DNA of 64,000 nt from Geosiphon pyriformis uo1 (GCA_016748015.1 JAAOMT010000379.1:296042-360041), one strand, 5' to 3'. Positions 13,195 through 25,656 are shown, numbered from the stretch's first letter. The notes: a model not told the origin generated them from the sequence alone. A program made the numbers and translations.

Positions 13195-13740
13195 AAACTG
13201 GGAGTGAGAAATTCGGACTAAAAGGGCTTATAGCAAAATCATAGCACGAAAACAGAGACATGTTCATACCAATACTTAGCTTCCTTCTGATGCATCAAAA
13301 CCTGCACTGATCCAATGCATTGAACACTGACAAGGAATCAGCAGTCGTATCAAAAGATTTGGGCAAGACAGGCTTTATGGGAAACGTAGCGATTGTAGTG
13401 CAATTCTTCAAAGACCTGTTCATAATGTTTCTCTAAAATTATTCTCCATTAAGCCCGCAAAATTTTAGCGGAAAGAAGTGGGTTTTTTCTTGCATGGCAC
13501 AATCAAATGCGTTCATCCTCGGTGCCCTGCAAAAAGGGTCGAGTACACAACATGAGGAAGGGATGTGAATGCAGCTACAAACATTGGTCTGTCTGGAGCT
13601 TTAGTTATTATAGCTGCTGACCACCATCCCTTCCTTGCTATCGCCGTGATGCCAAGTATTCAAGGTACAACCTTGCCAATAAACTCCTCACAATCGTAAC
13701 ACCAGATTTGGTTCTCCGCGACTCCATTCAAAATAAATGA
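13195..13740 (+). pseudogene. Fanzor/TnpB-like RNA-guided nuclease relic (C-terminal RuvC and Zn-finger part)
   Basis: Reading across frameshifts: NWE*EIRTKRAYSKIIARKQRHV...PALIQCIEH*QGISSRIKRF (13334-13360)...VAIV[E]CNSSKTCS*CFSKI (CxxC at 13417-13428)...LHGTIKCVHPRCP (from 13490)...TT*GRDVNAATNIGLSGA (RDVNAATNI at 13559-13585)...LPCYRR...TGA at 13740. The motif order matches TnpB/Fanzor RuvC-II, Zn finger, RuvC-III. Confidence 0.75.
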
Positions 13741-13917
13741 ATATGCAGATGTAAAAGAGTTCTAAATTTTTTATTTTCTGACTAGTTCTACTTCGCATGC
13801 TCACTTTGTTTAGTTTTCTTGCAGCACGCCCCATTTTAGAATGTCGTTATCTTGGAATATTTTAGAATTTAATTAAGATTTAAATCTAATAAAAAACAAG
13901 ATTTAAGCCAATTTCTC

Positions 13918-14025
13918 AAAACAAAACAAAACAAAAAACAAAACAAAACAAAACAAAAAAAAAACAAAAAAAAACAAACCAAACCAAACCAAAACAAAAA
14001 AAAACAAATCAAAACAAACCAAAGC
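13918..14025 (+). repeat. (AAAAC)n A-rich simple repeat
   Basis: Imperfect AAAAC/AAACC array read directly. Confidence 0.85.
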
Positions 14026-14616
14026 AAATGAAATAAATTTATTTATTATTTTTGAGGTGAAACTAGGAATCAATTGAAATATAGTCTGAAACTTTTCAAC
14101 TTTACCTTTTTCAACAGAAAACTATTTCAATTGAAGAAATCAATTCAAAAATATGAAATGTTGGCTACCTGGTTCTTTGACAGAGTAGTTATTTAAAAAT
14201 TTGTAAAAAATTACAATTATAAAATTATGAATCACCCAAGTGTTGTATTGAAAATTGAAAAATCAAGATCGAAGTTAGATCAAACAGTCATTGATCGAAT
14301 TGGGAGAGTGAGAAGAGATTTTCTGTTTGTATTTTGCTAACTGCATTGTACAAAAACCCGAATTGATTGATAAATATTTTATTCCAACCAGTTTGTTGAC
14401 TATTCTCAAACCAAAAGGAGTTTAAAGAAGAAGAATAATAATAATCGATATCTTCGAATGGTCACGCTACTTTTAAATAAAGTTCTGCGGTAAACGGTTG
14501 ATGTAAACGTCCAGATTTTATTTAAGATCATTTTTTTACGTGCTATAATGAATTTCCAAGTTCTCTAACTAATTTCTATAAAAATTTAATTTTTTATTCA
14601 GCCATTAATATAAAGA

Positions 14617-16199
14617 ATGTTTATGAGCTTGGGTTTTTTTGGCTTCTTAATTTTTTTTAGCTGCTATTTTTTTGAGGCACCTAATGCAAGCGTAATATAC
14701 AAAAACTCAATCGAAGATCTCCAAAATGAAATGAATCAACCTTTTCTGACATCAACGCTTGATCAATCATTTGATTTAAACCTAAGTGACATTACCAGTT
14801 TGACGCAAGACTTAACAACCAATGCTGTTCAGTTCAATACCAACTCATATGCTCAGCTTTTAATGGGGGAAACTAACGCAAAATATAGTGACCTTTCACA
14901 AGACTCATCAAATGAGGATATTCAAAACTCCAAGCTCTCTTCAATTAATTCATTGCCTGGTAATTCTGAAACTGATTTAGTTACAGAGTTGCAGGCCTCA
15001 CTTTTAGAGACTGACTATGAGGAAATCGATAATAACCGAGGTTTTAATGAAGGAGCTATTATAGTCTCCGAAATACCTAAATCCTTTATAAAAAAGTTAA
15101 TTAATGGTGAAGGACCAGAAGACAATCAAACGCGAAAGAGAGTAAAAAATGAAGATCAATTAGAACTTTTGACTAGCTTTGCGAGATACGCTAAAGCCCC
15201 TATATGTGAAACTGATAAGCTTAAGAGTTATTCAGATGAAATTAAAGGTAAATTTTGATTGAGATTCAGATTTTGACGAAATGACAACCTTTGAATTTAT
15301 CCAAATACATTGGTCATTTTAAAAACTTGAAAATTTTGAACACCCTTTTTAGTAATATCTGGTGTAGATCACAAGAAAAAGCAAATAATATTCTCCTTCA
15401 GAAGCGATAAATATGAGAAAACCGGTCAATTTATGAGAAATATCACACTAACCCAATATCAAGAGTTTCGAATAGCAAGGGTTCATTATTTAGTTGATCA
15501 AGAATTTTCTATGATTAAAAAAATGTTTTTAAATGAGCTTGACTCATTGGTTAAAATAAACCCGGGATTTTCCATTGGATTGACTGGATTTAGCTGGGGC
15601 GGTGGTAAGCTTAGGTTTATCGTGAAATTGATTTTAAACAGAAATACAAAATACCGAAAAAACCCCTTCTATCTTAATCCCAATTTATTTTTTGTCAGGA
15701 TACGCAATATTAGCAGGCCTAGAAGCCTTAAAACAATACCCTGGAAGAACGATTCAAGTATTTACCTATGGTCAACCACGTATCGGTAATATCGGTTTTG
15801 CAAATATCGTTTCTCGGAAATTGACGGTTTATCGAGTGACAAATCTTGATGATTTGGTTCCTCATAAGCCCCCACAACACAAAAATATTAATAATCAGAA
15901 ATGGAAATATCATCATCATGACACTGAATTTTGGATTGGGAGTTATAATGGACCAGTTTTTCAATGCCAGAGCTTTATTAAGCACACTAAGTTTCGACAA
16001 GAGAATGAGGTGGGTAGGGAACTTTTAGGGTTTGTTTCGAGAAGACTTAGTGAAAACTATTTTTAATATTACATGTTTGATTGTTTAGGCCTGTGCGAAT
16101 TCCGCTGAACTCCCTTATGATATTCAAGCGCATGAGGGTCCATACTTTAACTATTTAATGAATAAAGAGTATTGTAATGCTGAATCCTATCTTCCTTAG
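14617..16199 (+). CDS. Secreted class-3 lipase-like protein, paralog B (~434 aa, 4 exons)
   Basis: Exons 14617-15247, 15353-15604, 15699-16009, 16089-16199. Signal peptide and acidic Ser/Asn-rich linker. Motifs TGFSWGGG, TYGQPRIGN, DDLVPHKPP, HHDTEFWI, AHEGPYF. Same three intron positions as paralog A; exon 2 is 252 nt in both. Confidence 0.9.
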
Positions 16200-17670
16200 T
16201 ATTCAAACCCTTTGAAATTTGAGTTTTGGAAATAACATTTTCCATTTAATATGATTATAGGGTTTTTTTAAATTATGAAATTAGCTTAATATTTTTCTGG
16301 ATGAGTGCTAATTTCAATTCGTGATTAAATAGTTTCTTTCAGTCCATATCTGAAAAATGATAAAACTCAAAAGTAACTTTTATTTTTCTTAACTTATACG
16401 TAGTATTTTAATTTTATATTTTCTCACAGCTCAAATACTATCTCCTTACTAATTCAAATAAACCAAATGAACCAAATGATTTGAAAATAATGATACAATT
16501 GAACGTTTGTACGAATATTTAATGTAGAGATAAGATGAAAAAATTCATTATTCGATTTTTAAAAGTCTTAAATAATTTTAAAATAAATTAGAAAAAACTT
16601 GAATTTTTATACAAAGCTACATTTTTCACAGGTATTTTGAAGTTAAATAGTCACAAATGAATTTAAAAAATTGTACAGTAACGATTAAATTGATTCAACT
16701 ACTTATTTAAAAATTTTCAGCAACGAAATTGTCAAAAAAATATCATAGAAAACGTTTTTTTTTATCCTTAATTCTCTATTCACAAAATTATTTTAAAAGT
16801 TTCTCATACACATAAAAAAGAATCAAATATAAATTGGTCGAATAAATATTAAAAAGTCAATTCGTTTTAAAAATAATAGGAAATCATTTAACCCTCGTCG
16901 ATACCTTTATAACGTCAACGTAAAAACACTTTGAATTGAACTTGAGATTTTAATTTAAAGAAAATGTTTAAAAGAAAATTTTATTTCTTTTTAAAAATTT
17001 TAAAAGGTTTTTTTTAAAAAACCTATTTCCCTAAAAAAAATAAAAAATTTTTGCCAGCGGATTTTTTAATTTGAAATTTGGTAATCAAAGTAAAACTTTG
17101 GATTAGCAATCATAAATCAATATAAAAAAAAAAGCTATTGATCATTCCATATTGGTGGAGATGGGGCGCATGTAAAAAAAAAAAAGTTTTGTTTCATAGA
17201 ATCATATTTTGATGCATTAAATTGTTTAGGAACCTAGAAGGTATGACGGGGTAAATTATTAACGATTGGGTCGAGAAAAATTTTTTTTTTCGCTTTTCCT
17301 TTGATAGTTTAGCATCCAATAATGCGTCATTGACCTTTATTGTGCACAATGCAAATCAAAGTCGATCGTTTAATCTTATAGGGAAACAAATGCATAAATA
17401 AAAGCTAGAATCACGAATTGCGGGAAAAACAGCGATACCCAGATATCTTACATTGATTATTTACCATCAAGATCCCCAAAAACTGCGTGGGGAAATTCGT
17501 CTTATAAAAACTTCCACTCTTCCCCTATTCCTTTCAAAAATTGACCAAAAAAAATCCTGCTTATTTTTTAACCATTTAAGATGGGGATTTTTAAGATTGT
17601 AAGTTTTCAACTCGATAAATTAAGCCCAATGCAAAACCCCCTTTTAATAATATCTTATGCCTAAGCACTC

Positions 17671-17766
17671 CATTTAACCTCAAAGATTGAGATTTCGCCT
17701 TTCACTCCCGCAAATCCATTGCATGTGGCGGGAGTAAGGTGAAATCAGCTCTTAGGAGTTAAAATG
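17671..17766. other. Long imperfect inverted repeat (hairpin) in a GC-rich non-coding island
   Basis: GATTTCGCCTT-TC-ACTCCCGC (17691-17711) pairs with GCGGGAGT-AAGGTGAAATC (17728-17746) around a 16-nt loop. The outer arms CATTTAAC and GTTAAAATG extend the stem. Confidence 0.65.
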
Positions 17767-19160
17767 TTTCTTCCTCTTAATCATATCGCGGCGGCGCCAT
17801 CACTTCGCTCCTGACACCTTCAACACTTGGTTTTCGCCCTGCGAAAATTACTCTCCCCTTGTCTGGGCGCTCTCCATCAATTGGCCCGATTCAAATTTGC
17901 CCCAATGAGAAGTTTACGGTTTGAAACAATAATTTTTAAAACTTTTGACTATGGATGTATGATGCAGTATAACACATGAACTCTTAAAGTGTCTTTAAGG
18001 GTGGGAAATGATGTAATATTTAGTTTTTCTTTCAAAGATAATTATTATGTAAAAATTCAATGAATTGAGTTTTGGATTCTAAGAAAAGCGTATTTTAGGT
18101 TATTTTTGGTGAGAAATGCCTTTTTTTTTTTACATTCTCAAGTGAAATGGGTTGGGTTAGGGTCAGGTTGGGTTGTAGATTTGCTTAATAAAAAATTGTA
18201 TGTTAAAATCAAACTATTCGTTCAGACAACAATGTGGAAGAATGTCAAAGAGAACATTACTCGATAGGGCAAGGTGAAGGAAGGATATCTTTAGGCCATC
18301 CCTTCAGTCTTTTTTGCTCTCACAAATTATACATAGAACCCAGCCAATAAAGGGGGCAGGTTTTATAGTCATGCTATAGGTAAAAGGAATGTTGAATCTT
18401 TCTAGTTAAAATGACGCATCAAATTATCTCGTTCCCTTGACCCCTGAAAATTTATACGCTAAAAAATGATCAAGTTCGGACCCCACAATAAATACAGATG
18501 GCTCATGATATAATGAATACCTTGTTTCAAAGCTTTTCCCCTTTATATTTCACTCGTCCATAGTCAAAGAGTTCGCCATCATAGTAGTTAACTATTGAAA
18601 TGCTAAAATTGGTCATATTAATTCTAAAAAAATATTCTATAATGTAACCAACCGTGTATACGACTTGGTGGTGTTGATGACAATATCAATCTGCTTTTCG
18701 TGGTGATAGATATATTTAACAATAGAGAAATCTATAAAGCAAATTTATTTGGAGAGGGGAAATTAAAACTCCAAAATTTACTGATTCCATCAAATTTAAC
18801 TTGACTGTTGGGAGATAGTTTTTCTTTTCAATTGGAAACCAAAAAGGTTCATATTTTTGAAAAAGAAGAAATACCACATCGGCTCCATCAAAGGGTTAGT
18901 TTTACGAATGGCAGAAAATTTTTGTTGAAAGAAGTCATCGTGGAAGGAAGGGAACAATTTAAAGGTGTAAGCATTAGATTGTTCCCAAATGAGATTTTAG
19001 AACGAAGGCCTCGAGGCAGAGTGTCGTGAGTTCAAACCGATGCAGTCATACCGGGAACTGCCAACCACTACAATGGTTGGTAGGCAAAGCAAAGCAAAGC
19101 AGCTGCTCATGGTCGATCTAGTAGATTACAGCAGCAATGCCATTTTTTTATTCGATTGTT

Positions 19161-19187
19161 TGTGTGCGTGTGTGTGTGTGTGTGTGT
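19161..19187 (+). repeat. (TG)n microsatellite
   Basis: Direct reading; one interruption. Confidence 0.85.
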
Positions 19188-20233
19188 GGCTACACGGTAA
19201 AAAAAAGTGTTCACTAAGTGAGGGATATTAGATTAGCGACCAGAGGGAATTTTTTCTTTTCCATTTCGATTCGAGTGAATTCACCAATGGCTTTTACCTT
19301 TGTTTGTCTGTGAATATAGTATTCATCGGGTCAATTCCTAACAATAATCTGAGTAAAGTTGCGAGGTATTCTATTTTTTCGAAAGATATGAATGAAAATC
19401 ATATCCTAGTTCTGATGTTACATTTACTTCTTTACTTCTTGTGAACCCATGAGTAACCGAGATATTCTTTGGTTTAGAAACTGTCAATTGTTCTCCTAAT
19501 TATACCTATGGAGATCAAACCTAACTTCGGGAGTCAAGTATATCAAAAATTTTGTCCATGAGAATCCTTTCAATCAGATTTCGTTGTGGTAAACAGATAT
19601 AAGCCAAAGGCGCCTTAGATTGAAACATTCTGTTTGAAAAGGTGAAAGCAGAAGGTATAAGCGGCTCAGGGTTACATTATTTACTTGAGAATAAAGAGCA
19701 TTATGAAAAAATTATTTTGTAAAAAGAAGACAAACTGTTTTTAAAGGAAAAGCGGAAAAAACAAGTGAACTCAAAGAAAAATGAAAAAGGATGTGATATC
19801 ATTTATGCAATATGACGGATCATTAAACCCCCTTTTTACGTTATAGGTGGACAATATCAGCATTATATTTTGCATGATCTAAGTCGATATCATCTAGTTT
19901 AGGACAGGCTGAAATTTATCACATGGGGTTAATTCTAGTCGTTAAACAATGAATTTCTAAAAAAAATTGTTATCGTGAGAGAATTTTATCAAGGTCTTTT
20001 TGTTATGACAAATTAAAAAAATTTCAAATAGGAGAAAAATATTTGGTGTTCTGATGATTTCTCATATTAAAAATTTGAAAAGAAAATAAAACTCCCGGAT
20101 ACTTTTTGGATATTTACAACAAAAAATATGTTTTGAGCCATGATGAAATAAAATCTTACATGGGAATCTAGGGATTTAAAGATTATAAATTCGAATTTTT
20201 TGCTAAACTAAATTTTGCGACCCAGTATAAATG

Positions 20234-20240
<7 letters not shown>

Positions 20241-20270
<30 letters not shown>

Positions 20271-20316
20271 TGTATGTATGTATGTATGTATGTATGTATG
20301 TATGTATGTATGTATG
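20241..20316 (+). repeat. (TATG)19 microsatellite
   Basis: Perfect tetranucleotide array. It accounts for the spurious ORFs at 20203-20400 and 20231-20449. Confidence 0.95.
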
Positions 20317-21936
20317 TATACAGATATTCTCTTTTTTTAATGATCGTCCATTACACCACATTATTTTTTGTAACCTCAACTTTATATCTATGGCGGTCAA
20401 ATTAAAGTTTTCTTGTCAACATTTCAGTTCAAAGATGAAATGTAATTAGATTTCAAAAATCCCATTTTCTGTATCACAAGATCTCAAGTATCTTCTCTCT
20501 ATTGAAATCTTTTCATTTTTGCTGTTTCAATATCAGATTATTTAGTGATACTGTGCGCTTCAATAATAAAAATAAGTTAATCACGCTAATATATTTTGAC
20601 TTTTTTTTCAGAAATCAGATTTAGATTGACGAGAGTGAGTTTAAGAATAAAATTAATATATTGGTCAATTTATATAATTACCCCCTCTACAAGAGTTCAT
20701 TTCTTTTTATTCGTAAAAATGGTCATTAATAAGATTACTTACGAAAGAGTTTTCAAAACTCTTTAACTGGGAAATTAATCTAATGAATAGACAATTACCA
20801 TTAATTTCGAAGACCAAAATCTTGATAAATCAAATAAAAGTACTTATTTGTTTCACAAAATTACTTGAGAAAAGTCTTTTGGCCAGAATAATTAGTAAAA
20901 TTTCCAGTATTTCAAACTGTTTGAGTCTGAATTTAATACCCGGGGTAACAGGCTTCGAGAAGTGAATGAAGAGTGAATAATATGTTTAATTTAAGTGGTA
21001 TGTAAATGTATAATGTTGATTGATCTGATTTCTAATTATTAATATTTTTTTTAAAAATCTTTGATTCTTGATAAATTTTTTTTGAAATACCTTTTTTATA
21101 TCTATTATCAATTAATAAAAACGTTTGATTACAATGAGGCTCCGACTTTTTATTAATAATTACTAATCAGAGTAATGTTTCAATGGGAATCTTTTTAAAA
21201 AAAATATTTTTAATTTCATCTGACCTTTAACCTTCGCCACGAACCCCCAGTTCCATAATATAAAAATTAATTTTTGAAAGCGTTAGCTCCAAAGAAAAAG
21301 GGGTGAAAGGATCCATATTTTGCCTTTTTAAAAAAGAATTTGACATATTCAATGAAAACAGTGAAAAAAATTTATTTTGTAAAATTACCTTTTTAAGTAC
21401 TTTTGTGATCGACAGGAGTTCAAAGATAATCCCTTTTGAATCGTTTAATTACAGCGCATTTAAATTTAATTATGCAAGTTGATAGTCCTAATTCTGACAC
21501 GCGTCCGCACACTCATTAAATAAAACAGGATATCAGTCAATTCATTATAATCATATATAAACTTTTCATTTTATCCTAAAAATGAATTTCAACTCTTTAA
21601 AGGATTGTTTTTATTCTCTCATTGTTTATTAATTCACTTTAAGGAATTTTCTGTTTCCAAGGAAATCATGATGTGATTTGTTCAATATCTTGGGATCATA
21701 CAACTTTTTTTTCAATTTGAAAATGACAATGATTATAAAAAGAAATAATTCATTAAGTAAGAGAAAAAATAGCTCTTGGAAATTTTATCAAGAAAATCCA
21801 TGGCAACAAAGGAGTAAAAGTCATACCGTCTGGTTTGGTCTTTTAAAAAGATTTATTAATTATATAAAACAATAGGAGAATATAGTAATTGATGATTCGT
21901 CACTAGGTGACGTTTTCATATTTATAATAATAAAAA

Positions 21937-21940
<4 letters not shown>

Positions 21941-21989
<49 letters not shown>
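21941..21989 (+). repeat. (TAT)n microsatellite
   Basis: Direct reading. Confidence 0.9.
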
Positions 21990-22774
21990 GTAGAATTAAA
22001 AAGGAATAAAGCAAATAAAATTGGAAACAATGGTGTGGATTTTTGAATTTTTGCGCATTTAGAGGTAAAGGAGGGTGATTTTCATCATGATGATGATATA
22101 AGGTATGATAATTTCTAAACTGTTATAATAACTCGTGCCTGATAATTAGACTCTATTCAAATTCCCTTTTCAATTATAATTGAACACTAACAATTGAGCA
22201 CTCTAAGATAAAAATGATTCACTATGGTAAGATAATTCTACAAATCAGATACATAATCTATAAACCCCCTTTTTAGTGATTGTTAAAGCTATGCTAAGCA
22301 AGCTGTTCCCGAATCAGGGTGTCACGTTGATCAAGAGAGTTATATCCTTGAAAGATTTTAGGAAACCCCTTAGAGGCGCACCAAATTGGGCATTGATAAA
22401 TAGAAATAATAATTTCTACTCTGCTTTTCAACATAATCGCAAAAAACGAACCACCTTTTACGTCATGACTGATATGGCAACGCAGTTTTGATTACTCACA
22501 ATTTATATTGATCAGAAGATCCCCACCCTAACAAAGCGGAGAAATGTATTTGCAAAACTGGTTAGATACTAGAACAATCATCTAGTCAAACAAGTATATA
22601 TTTGACCTTAATTCCCAAAAAGAGAGCCAAAAGAAAGATTTTAGGCTCACACAAAGAGTTTTTTTTTTTTTTGAGAGCAAATATCAATTCCTCTTTGGTT
22701 TTTTTCTTTGACAATAAAAGTTATTTGATTTGGAAGAAAAAAGAAAGATTTTTACCACAAGGAATTAAAAGAGT

Positions 22775-23576
22775 ATGGGAATCCCAAAACGAAATACGAA
22801 CAGCAGTAGTATTTCAACTTCGTCTAGTGCTACTCGTGTCAACGATCGAATGATATTGAATGTCGGTGGAATAAGGGTTTGTATTTTTTGGAAAAAATTA
22901 AAAATAAAAATTCTTTCATAATTTAATCAACCCTTTTTTTTTAATTTTCAATCATTTCCCTATCCAGTACGAGACCAAACGTTCCACATTAACCGCATAT
23001 CCAGACACACTTCTTGGTACAATGTTTCAAGAACGGAATTCACAACTTCTTCACCCAATAAACGATAACGAATATTTTATCGATCGAAATGGTCGAGCTT
23101 TTCATTACATTCTAGAATACTATCGAACGGGAAAAGTGGTCTGGGGTGGGATAGGTTCAGATCGAAGAATAACGCGTCGAGAATTAGAAGAAGAATTGGA
23201 TTATTTTCTTATACCACCTTTAACACCAGCACTTTCTCTCGCGATGGATTTTGAAGCTTTTATTAAAGCAATGATGCAAGTCTGTTTAAAAGCTTTCCGT
23301 ATTGACGGTGAAACTAGGATAAAAGTTACCGCGACCACGAATGGAAAACATCTTTTAGTAAGATATATGACTCAAGGCACAAGTCTTCATGTTATGATAC
23401 CAAAAATTGGACAAAAGATTTTACAAGTTTTTGGGAAAGAGATTTATGAACACTTAAAAAGACATTGGCCTTATTTAAGATGGGAACCTCGACATATTCA
23501 GCAAGGATATGTTGTTAACATGAGTTTAAGAAAAGATGAAATTCTGTATACTGAAGATCGACCAAGATGGCATTAA
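22775..23576 (+). CDS. BTB/POZ (KCTD-like) domain protein, paralog B (~236 aa, 2 exons)
   Basis: Exons 22775-22876 and 22968-23576. Motifs DRMILNVGGIR|YETKRSTLTAYPDTLLGTMF, EYFIDRNGRAFHYILEYYRTG, ELDYFLI. Same intron position and C-terminal domain as paralog A. Confidence 0.9.
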
Positions 23577-23662
23577 GGGTTGAAATCATGACATTAAATT
23601 ATTTTATGGACAACTTTATGAACAATCTTATTGTCATATTGAATTTTCTTTAATCTTTATGA

Positions 23663-23693
<31 letters not shown>

Positions 23694-25597
23694 TACTATT
23701 TTGATTATTATTATTATTATTATTCTTCTTCTTCTTATTCTTAAGATGACAACCATTTTGATAACTATGAAATTTTAGATTTAGAAACAACAATTTTAGA
23801 AAATGCATTTGATAAAAATTTTAGCATTATTTTTGAGTATTTTTAAAGCTTTTTGTGAATATTTAAAGAACTTTTTTTTCGTAAAGAACAAATGTTTACA
23901 AATCATTTTACGAAATAAATAACATGAAAATTAATAAATTGGATAACACAAGATACGTATCTCTAGGAAATAAAGAATATTTAGTAAAACTCATGGAAAA
24001 TCTATGAATTTCATTAACTACATGTCCTAATTACAAATAAATTAAAGTTCGTTTCATTAAAGAAGGATAAGTCTTTTATGAGAATCCTTATTCTAATAAC
24101 TATGAATATATATATCCTATGACTATATATGTACTATGTTCAATGAATATTATTAAGCCATAGAAACTGTGATCGTAATATCATTTAGGAGAAATCTCCG
24201 TTTTTGTGCTAGTCAAATAATTGAAGCTTGTATATGTGTGTAACTGAAAAAGGGTCTCGCCAACTATTCTTATATTTCATTTAAACAAGAAAAAAAGTCA
24301 AGATTTACTATTTGTATGTATGCTTATTATTCAAAAAAAAAAAAAAAATTCAAACGATGGCAAATGAATTCTAAAGGGTTCATATTCAAAAAAAAAAATT
24401 GATTTAATTTTTATGCAAGTATTTCCCATTTTTAATTTCTTTGCAAAAATTATGAGTAAAACCAATAATAATTCAGAGATTATTGTTGTTGTTGTTGTTG
24501 TTGTTGTTTTGTTGTTGTTTGATTACTGATAAAAATAATTTCCTACCAAAAATGACTCTTGATTCACAATCCAAAAAAACCATATTAGCAATAAAAAAAA
24601 AAAGGGGGTATCAAGTGCATACAATAATAAAATAATTTAAAGTTAATTGCAAATTTTTTATCAAGTTAGATTTCTTGAAGGAACAATTGATTTAAAATCG
24701 CTTTTCAGAAACTTTTCAATCAATGAATGACAAACAAAAAATTTTCTAATGATAAAAATCGAGAGATACAACAAAATTTAAATACATTCCAAGAGACAAA
24801 ATTTCAAATGATTCAGAGAATGAAAATATCAATAGATTGAAAAAATGATTTTTTTGTTTCACGATTTCAATCTTTTTTAAAAAAATTTCTTAAACTAAAA
24901 ATTCATCGAGACAATCCAGGTTTGATTTTAACAATAGAGATCAAGAGAATGTTTGCAGTATGCAGAAACCTCAAAATAGTTTTGAAACCTTTATAAACTT
25001 TTATTATTTTCATTGCTTGCCTTTAATGGTAATTTTTAAAGAATCAAAAAATTTATTATTCAAATATGCAGGAGAGATGGGTAAAAAAAAGTTTAATATC
25101 ATCAAATCAAATCATTATGTTTCACCAATTGTGGATCATTTGTTGAGTTCTGGATTGATGAAGCTAAAAAGTAAAAAACTACATTAATCGGATGTAACCA
25201 ACAACTCCTATTTCATGCTTTGTGTTAATTGTACCGAAAATATGTAGCCAATGAAATTTTTTTTTTTTAGAGATTTTAAATTTGAGAGACTCCAAGATCA
25301 TGTATTTAAAATTTATCTCAGATATCAAAACTTTAGGAGCTGCAATAGTTTGATACGATTAAGTTTTTGCATACAGATATATCATGCATTATTTTATCTT
25401 TCTAATTCGAACGCAACGACTAATTTAGTATAAATTTCAAAGAAAAAAATAAATAATGAAAGATCATCAGAGATTATCTTTTAACTTAAGGCATGGCAAA
25501 TGTACACTTGCCATGAAAAAATCCATAATTATAATTCTCAAGTTTATAGCATTTTATATTTTCGGCCTTTTTTTAAATGGTAATTGAGAATTTTATA

Positions 25598-25631
<34 letters not shown>

Positions 25632-25656
25632 ATGATGATGATGATTATGATGATGA
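25598..25656 (+). repeat. (GAT)n microsatellite
   Basis: Direct reading; imperfect. Confidence 0.85.

Noticed and set aside
15728-16028. Antisense and alternative-frame ORFs overlapping lipase B (likewise 9411-9620, 32255-32452, 43508-43750, 43956-44288, 48887-49138)
   Set aside because: Shadows of real exons, with no independent motifs.
17487-17895. RNase P RNA-like words GGGAAATTCG (~17490) and CCCGATTC (~17885)
   Set aside because: The two segments form only about 5 bp of the P4 helix, and no other conserved regions were recognised.
20203-20449. ORFs with YIHT / MYVC repeats
   Set aside because: Translation of the (TATG)n microsatellite.
25493-25516. Inverted repeat CATGGCAA-N8-TTGCCATG
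   Set aside because: Short, isolated, not near a gene start, and compatible with chance.
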